Shown piece after piece: positions 58,183 to 64,000 of a stretch of DNA of 64,000 nt. Within the stretch, counting starts at the first letter, position 1. Each line of letters opens with the position of its first letter. The DNA is taken from positions 41,540,001-41,604,000 of the forward strand of contig OZ024743.1 in NCBI GenBank assembly GCA_964016885.1, in the 5' to 3' direction. The position numbers were made by a program, and so were the translations under genes. Source of the stretch: Eledone cirrhosa. Its lineage: Eukaryota. Under the pieces are notes generated by a model. The model did not search any database and was not told the DNA's origin. It worked only from the letters and a program-made list of their open reading frames with translations.

Positions 58183-58195
<13 letters not shown>
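54683..58195 (-). mobile_element. Cluster of non-autonomous Helitrons (54683-55538, 55539-55700 partial, 55707-56497, plus-strand copy 56498-56830, ~57200-57629, 57630-58195)
   Basis: Plus-strand CTAGCAGAATGGCCCGGCGTTGCTCGGG (reverse of 3' hairpin+CTAG) and (CAGA)n..TTTTATATATATAGA (reverse of 5' TC end). Confidence 0.8.
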
Positions 58196-58212
<17 letters not shown>

Positions 58213-58213
<1 letters not shown>

Positions 58214-58675
58214 TGGTAAACGGAATAGAAAATGCTGACAAATTGTTCACAGTTGAAAAATGGTTTAATTAGGAATAAAAGAGTATTAATGATTGTATGG
58301 GTTAGTATTCAGTTGTGGTTTTAAGTTTTTAAGTTTTTACCGGTTGCGCATTTCTAAATGCTTTTCAAAAATAATTTTGAGATAGAGTGTCCGTGCTGTT
58401 TGCTCTGATCTGATTAGTTTTGGGAATTCTACCTGTTTTTATGTTAAAAAAGCGGCTCCAATTTGCAAAAATTCTTGTGGTCAAAACAATTTTGATTGGT
58501 CAGTAGAGGTCATGTGAATGTAAAAAATTGATTTTGCGCCAAGACTGTTTTTATGTTAAAAAAGTGGCTCCAGCAAAAATTCTTGTGGTCAAAACAATTT
58601 TGATTGGTCGGTAGAGGTCATGTGAATAAAAAATTGGTTTTGCGCCAAGATTGAGAAATGACTCTTTCACAACAA

Positions 58676-58710
<35 letters not shown>

Positions 58711-58763
58711 TGTGTGGGTGTGTGTGGGTGTGTGTGTGTGGGGGGGGGGGGGTGTGGGTGTGA

Positions 58764-58819
<56 letters not shown>

Positions 58820-58885
58820 TAGTAGTAAGGTGTTCGATGTTGTGATAATGGTTAGCAGCGATGTGTGTGAAATGGCTATTAAGGT

Positions 58886-58967
<82 letters not shown>

Positions 58968-59260
58968 CAGAGTAATTCGTGGTGGCAGGGATGGTCAGTA
59001 AGAATGTGTCTGAAAGCAATGGGGGGTATTTTAGCATGTCAAAAGATATTTTTCAGCAACCGGTAAAAACTTAAAAATGCGCAACCGGTAAACTTGAAAT
59101 GCGCAACCGCAAACTTGAAATGCGCAACCGGTAAAAACTTAAAAACTTAAAACCACAACTGAATACTAACCCATACAATCACTAATACTCTTTTATTCCT
59201 AATTAAACCATTTTTCAACTGTGAACAATTTGTCAGCATTTTCTATTCCGTTTACCAATA
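58213..59260. mobile_element. Non-coding fold-back of the 29-33.5 kb PLE 3' end (~145 bp inverted ends)
   Basis: TTGGTAAACGGAATAGAAAATGCTGAC... / ...GTCAGCATTTTCTATTCCGTTTACCAA; the interior is the reverse complement of ~32820-33530. Confidence 0.85.
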
Positions 59261-59293
59261 TATAATAACTTGTGTGTTACACCTCTATTCTTT

Positions 59294-59319
<26 letters not shown>

Positions 59320-59324
<5 letters not shown>

Positions 59325-60142
59325 TACACACACAGAAATGTATATATATTTCTGTGTGTCTGTATATATATATATATATATTTATTACACACACAGAAAT
59401 GTATATATATTTCTGTGTGTATATATATATATTTCTGTGTGTGTATATATATATATATTACACACACAGAAATGTATATATATTTCTGTGTGTGTATATA
59501 TATATATATATATTACACACACAGAAATGTATATATAATTCTTAGAACAAATTATTATTAATGTGTTGCTGTTCATAACAATTGGAATTGAAAAATTACT
59601 TTTGAAATTATTAGTTATTTTACTAATGCTTAGATATGTAAAAATGAAGCAATGTTTCTAATAATTGTTTCTACTTTTGGCACAAGGCCACCAATTAACC
59701 AGTACATTACTGGTACTTTATTTTGTCGACCCCGTGAGGATGAAAGGCAAAGTTAAACTCGGCGGTATTTGAACTCAGACCGTAAAGAGACGTAACTCCA
59801 TGCTATGAAGCATGATGTCCGACTCTCTACAGATTCTGCCAATCCACCGCCCTAATGTCTGTACGTAATGAGGGAGTGAGAGGGGAGAGAAAGAAAGGCA
59901 GAGGTGAAGTGACGAAGTGACTCTCTCCTCATCCTCCTCCTCCATCTTCCCATTCGTCACAGCGATAGAGGGGAGGAATGTTAGTGTGTTACAAAGAGAA
60001 AGAGTGAGAGTGAGAGAAACAGACAAACTAAAAGAGAGGGATAGCCGGAGAGAGAGAGAAATAGCAACAGATACAGTACAGTAGCTAAGGGATGTATATA
60101 TATTTCTGTGTGTATATATATATATATACATTTCTGTGTGTG

Positions 60143-60187
<45 letters not shown>

Positions 60188-60452
60188 GAAATATATATAT
60201 ATTTCTGTGTGTGTATATATATATATATATATTACACACACAGAAATGTATATATATTTCTGTGTGTGTATATATATATATATATATTACACACACAGAA
60301 ATGTATATATATTTCTGTGTATATATATATATATATATTACACACACAGAAATGTATATATATTTCTTTGTGTATATATATATATTTCTGTGTGCGTATA
60401 TATATATATATATATATATATTACACACACACAGAAATGTATATATGTTTCT
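59320..60452. repeat. Palindromic minisatellite in two blocks (59320-59535, 60092-60452)
   Basis: Unit ACACACAGAAAT(G)TATATATATTTCTGTGTGT plus (TA)n; blocks separated by a SINE and a Helitron-internal fragment. Confidence 0.8.
59660..59852 (-). mobile_element. Full-length tRNA-derived SINE
   Basis: Family consensus from tail to CTGCCAATCCACCGCCCT. Confidence 0.85.
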
Positions 60453-61417
60453 GTAGCACTCCTCAATTCCCCCTCTCTCCCTCCCGCTATCCCCCTCTTG
60501 TAGTCTGTTCCTTTCTTTCACTCTCACTCTCTCTCTACGCGTCGCGTACGCAAAACACTTTCGCACGCGCGTACGTGTTTCCACTGTCGGACAGACAGAC
60601 AGAGCAATTGATGGTTATATATTATATGGAGATTAACGTATCATAACAAAGCGAAGCAACTTGAATTAACATTGAAATGGCGACATTACTATTCGTGTAT
60701 TTGTGTACTCCATATATCAAATGGCGGTGTGTAATATGAATGGTGATATATAATATAGATTATTGTATTTATTTACGCTTTTGATTTGAGAAGTTTAGAA
60801 TTCTTAGGTTTGAATCAAATATTATTCGCAGACCACAAAATTTGCAATATTCTAAAACTTTTCCGTGGCGTAGAGACAACATAGATATGTGCCGGTGGTA
60901 TAACATACCTTCTAAGTAACCTTATGTGGTATTCTTTTCTTCTTTGATTGCCAGACATTATATATACATCTCTATATAGTGTTCAAACAAACACACGTAT
61001 AAGAACGTAACCATTCCAATTTTATATCTTGTGGCATTTCTCTTTGTTATAATATATTTATTTTGTTATAATATATTTTGTTATGATATATTTATTTCAT
61101 GAAGAAGCGTTTAACAAGCGAGATTTTTAACGATATTTTCAAACACTTCCAAGTGCTTGATGAAAATGTCATAAATTGTATTGCTCTGCCACTGTGTAAC
61201 ACCGAGCACCATCTGAGGTGATGGTCATAATTGGGCATTGAAACATTGTATAGTGAAATTTGTTCCGCGTATAAACGTAAATATATAATATAATATTTCT
61301 GTTCCATTCCCGACTGAGCACTCTTATCCTTTATTCCTTTTCACACCTACGCATATTGCTACATATACATATACATACAAACAGGCACACAAACGCACAC
61401 ACACATATATATATATA

Positions 61418-62332
61418 CTAGCCGAATTACCTGCACCTTGATGCGTTTCATACATTTTTTTTTTGTAAGAAAATAATGATTGATTTGAAATCACTGATAT
61501 AATTGATGGAGGAAAAACTCCGCATTTCAATATTACTCAATGTAAAATGTAATGCATGAATGAAAAATTGGAAAAAATTATTTTTTGTAATATAAAATCG
61601 TCGAAAAAATAAAGTACCAGTAATGCACTGGATAATTGCTGGGTAATTGCTGGCCTTGTGCCTAAAGTAGAAACAATTTTTTTTTGTAATATATCAAATC
61701 AATATTATATTATTAAATCTTATTTTGTTTCTTATAAATAATTTTTTTTCAAAATAGCAATTCAAAACTTTTGTGAATAGGCATCATATCTTGTCATTTA
61801 CTTATGGTTTCAATTTCATATAAATCGAAGGAATAAAACATTTCAGCGGTGGCTTGTGTCTCCGGGGAACCCTAATAGCGGGTTTATCCCCCATTAGGGT
61901 GTCTCAGTATTATTGAAATTTGCTGAAAGTTTGGGAATAGGCATCATATCTTGTCATTTACTTATGGTTTAAATTTCATATAAATCGAAGGAATAAAAAA
62001 TTTCAGCGGTGGCTTGTGTCTCCGGGGAACCCTAATAGCGGGTTTATCCACCATTAGGGTGTCTCAGTATTATTGAAATTTGCTGAAATGTTGGGAATAA
62101 GGATCATATCTTGTCATTTACCTATGGTTTAAATTTCATATCAATCGAAGGGAAAAAGTTTTCAGCGGGGGTTTTGTGTCCCCGGGGAACCGTTTAATTA
62201 AAATGAAATATACTCACCGAAGTACCCTGGGAAATGTAGTTTTAGAATATATTTGGTTATGGGGGGTGTATCACTAAAACATAGGAGTAGTTCGTGAACA
62301 AACAAACAAACAGACAAACAGACAGGAATACA

Positions 62333-62345
<13 letters not shown>
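61418..62345 (-). mobile_element. Non-autonomous Helitron with internal 160 bp tandem repeat (61775-62191)
   Basis: A|CTAGCC start, (CAAA/CAGA)n..CTTTATATATA end; units at 61775, 61935, 62095. Confidence 0.65.
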
Positions 62346-62377
<32 letters not shown>

Positions 62378-62381
<4 letters not shown>

Positions 62382-64000
62382 TAATAAAATAATGTATAAA
62401 CAAAGAAACAGTTCCTTATATTAAAAAAATTCATCATTTTACGATCGTTTCTAGGATATATATGTGTTAGAGTTGGTATGCATATTCTATAGATCTATGT
62501 ACAATATTTATACAAACTATCAGAGGGAATATACATACCTACACATATATATGCTGTCTTCAGAAATAATGATATTTGTTTATTGAAAAAAACAAAGATT
62601 CAATAACATAGGTCTGTTTGGGAACAGGTTTTGAATTGACCAATAGAGAGATAGTGAGGGTCAAGATAGTAATATAGTAGTAGAAGAACCTTAAATTATG
62701 GGTAGAGGAAGGTAGATTTCAGTTTTGGATGGAAAAGAATATTATGAATGAAGGATTATTTTAGGGAAGAAATAGGTCTTATGCTGACCTCAGAAATAAT
62801 TTTATTTGTTCATTGAATAAAACCAACAAAGATCTAATATATTCTGTCTGTTTGGTAAGAGGTTTAGAATTAACCAATAGAAAGTAAATAATTGGTCAAA
62901 TGGTAAAATAGTAGTAATTGAAGCTTATTTTAGGGGTGAAAATAGGTCAGGTGGTCAGTAAAAGGTATACAAGCAGTTGCTGTTATAAAATAGTAATGCC
63001 AATACAAATATCTAAGGTGACTAAAGTTTTACGATAAGAATGTTAGTGAAAAAAATACATCTATGAAAAGAATATAAATTAATTTCATTGATGGGTATAT
63101 TTATATTGATAAAATTATACTAATACATATAGATATGATAAATAAGAGTTAGATGCAGTTGAAAAGTGCTGTTAAAGAAGAGGGGGAAATTAAAAGAATA
63201 TAAAAATAATATATATATACTTATAAACTTATATATATATATACATATATATACACATACACACACACATATGTACATATATATATATATATATACACAC
63301 ACATATATATATATATATATATACACATACATGCATATATACATACATACATATATATATATACACACATACACACTTACATATACATATAATTATTGGG
63401 GGGGGATTAAATTTATTAGTGAGAAATAATAAATATATATAGTTTTCAAGGAACATAGAGTCATAACCTGAAGTTAAAGCATTATATATGTTTACTTAAT
63501 GGTATCAGTTTTAGGAAATGATAGTTGTAAGAAGGAAAGCAAAGTTATGTAGTTCATCAATAGTAGAATATTAATTATAGGTTAACTAAATTAAAAATAG
63601 TTTATATATTAATTTCTAAAGTGTATATTAATTAGGTTTATAATGTTTAAAGCAGAATTATGTAGTTCATCAGTAGTAGAATATTAATTATAGGTTAACT
63701 AAATTAAAAATAGTTTATATATTAATTTCTAAAGTGTATATTAATTTGGTTTATAATATTTAAAGGTTTTTCTCAGTTTATGATTACACGATATTATTAA
63801 TTCCTGTCGCTTATGTAATAGGATATCCTTAGATTTCATTATTTCAAAAAGTTCTTGGGAACATAATCTACATTCATATCTACTATTTTGATAAGGGGTG
63901 GCCCTTTTGAGCACACTCCAGAATGAATACTGGACCAGAAACACATATAGTAATCTATTCGATATTACTATGGGCTCAAGCGATTCTGCCCAAATTACTG
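62378..64000. mobile_element. PLE of the 3.7-8.0 kb family: inverted 3' part (62378-63920, HHR 62431-62572 on minus) joined to plus-strand RT running off the window
   Basis: Homology to 3690-4740; minus KRATPY..CRLCSQE..ISCNH; from ~63925 plus strand EYWTRNTYSNLFDITMGSSDSAQIT. Confidence 0.88.

Overview
AT-rich, repeat-saturated animal DNA, most likely an octopod cephalopod (Octopus-type tRNA-derived SINEs and very long (TA)n/(CA)n/(GA)n tracts). No host protein-coding gene could be supported; nearly all ORF-track entries are microsatellite translations. Contents: (i) at least six decayed Penelope-like element (PLE; RT + GIY-YIG) insertions, usually beside (TA)n and often with inverted ends; (ii) about 15 type I hammerhead-ribozyme (HHR) motifs from roughly 10 sequence families, many in small or large fold-back elements; (iii) a non-coding family with terminal direct repeats carrying a candidate type II-ordered HHR with a covarying pseudoknot (retrozyme-like; ~18.8, 22.2 and 26.6 kb), the most novel-looking signal; (iv) a ~7.8 kb HHR-capped interrupted inverted repeat (17.8-25.5 kb); (v) a cluster of non-autonomous Helitrons with head-to-tail junctions and captured PLE ends; (vi) remnants of CRE-, Tx1/L1-, CR1- and R4/Dong-like LINEs and a mariner. 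All calls come from reading by eye; coordinates are approximate to a few bp.
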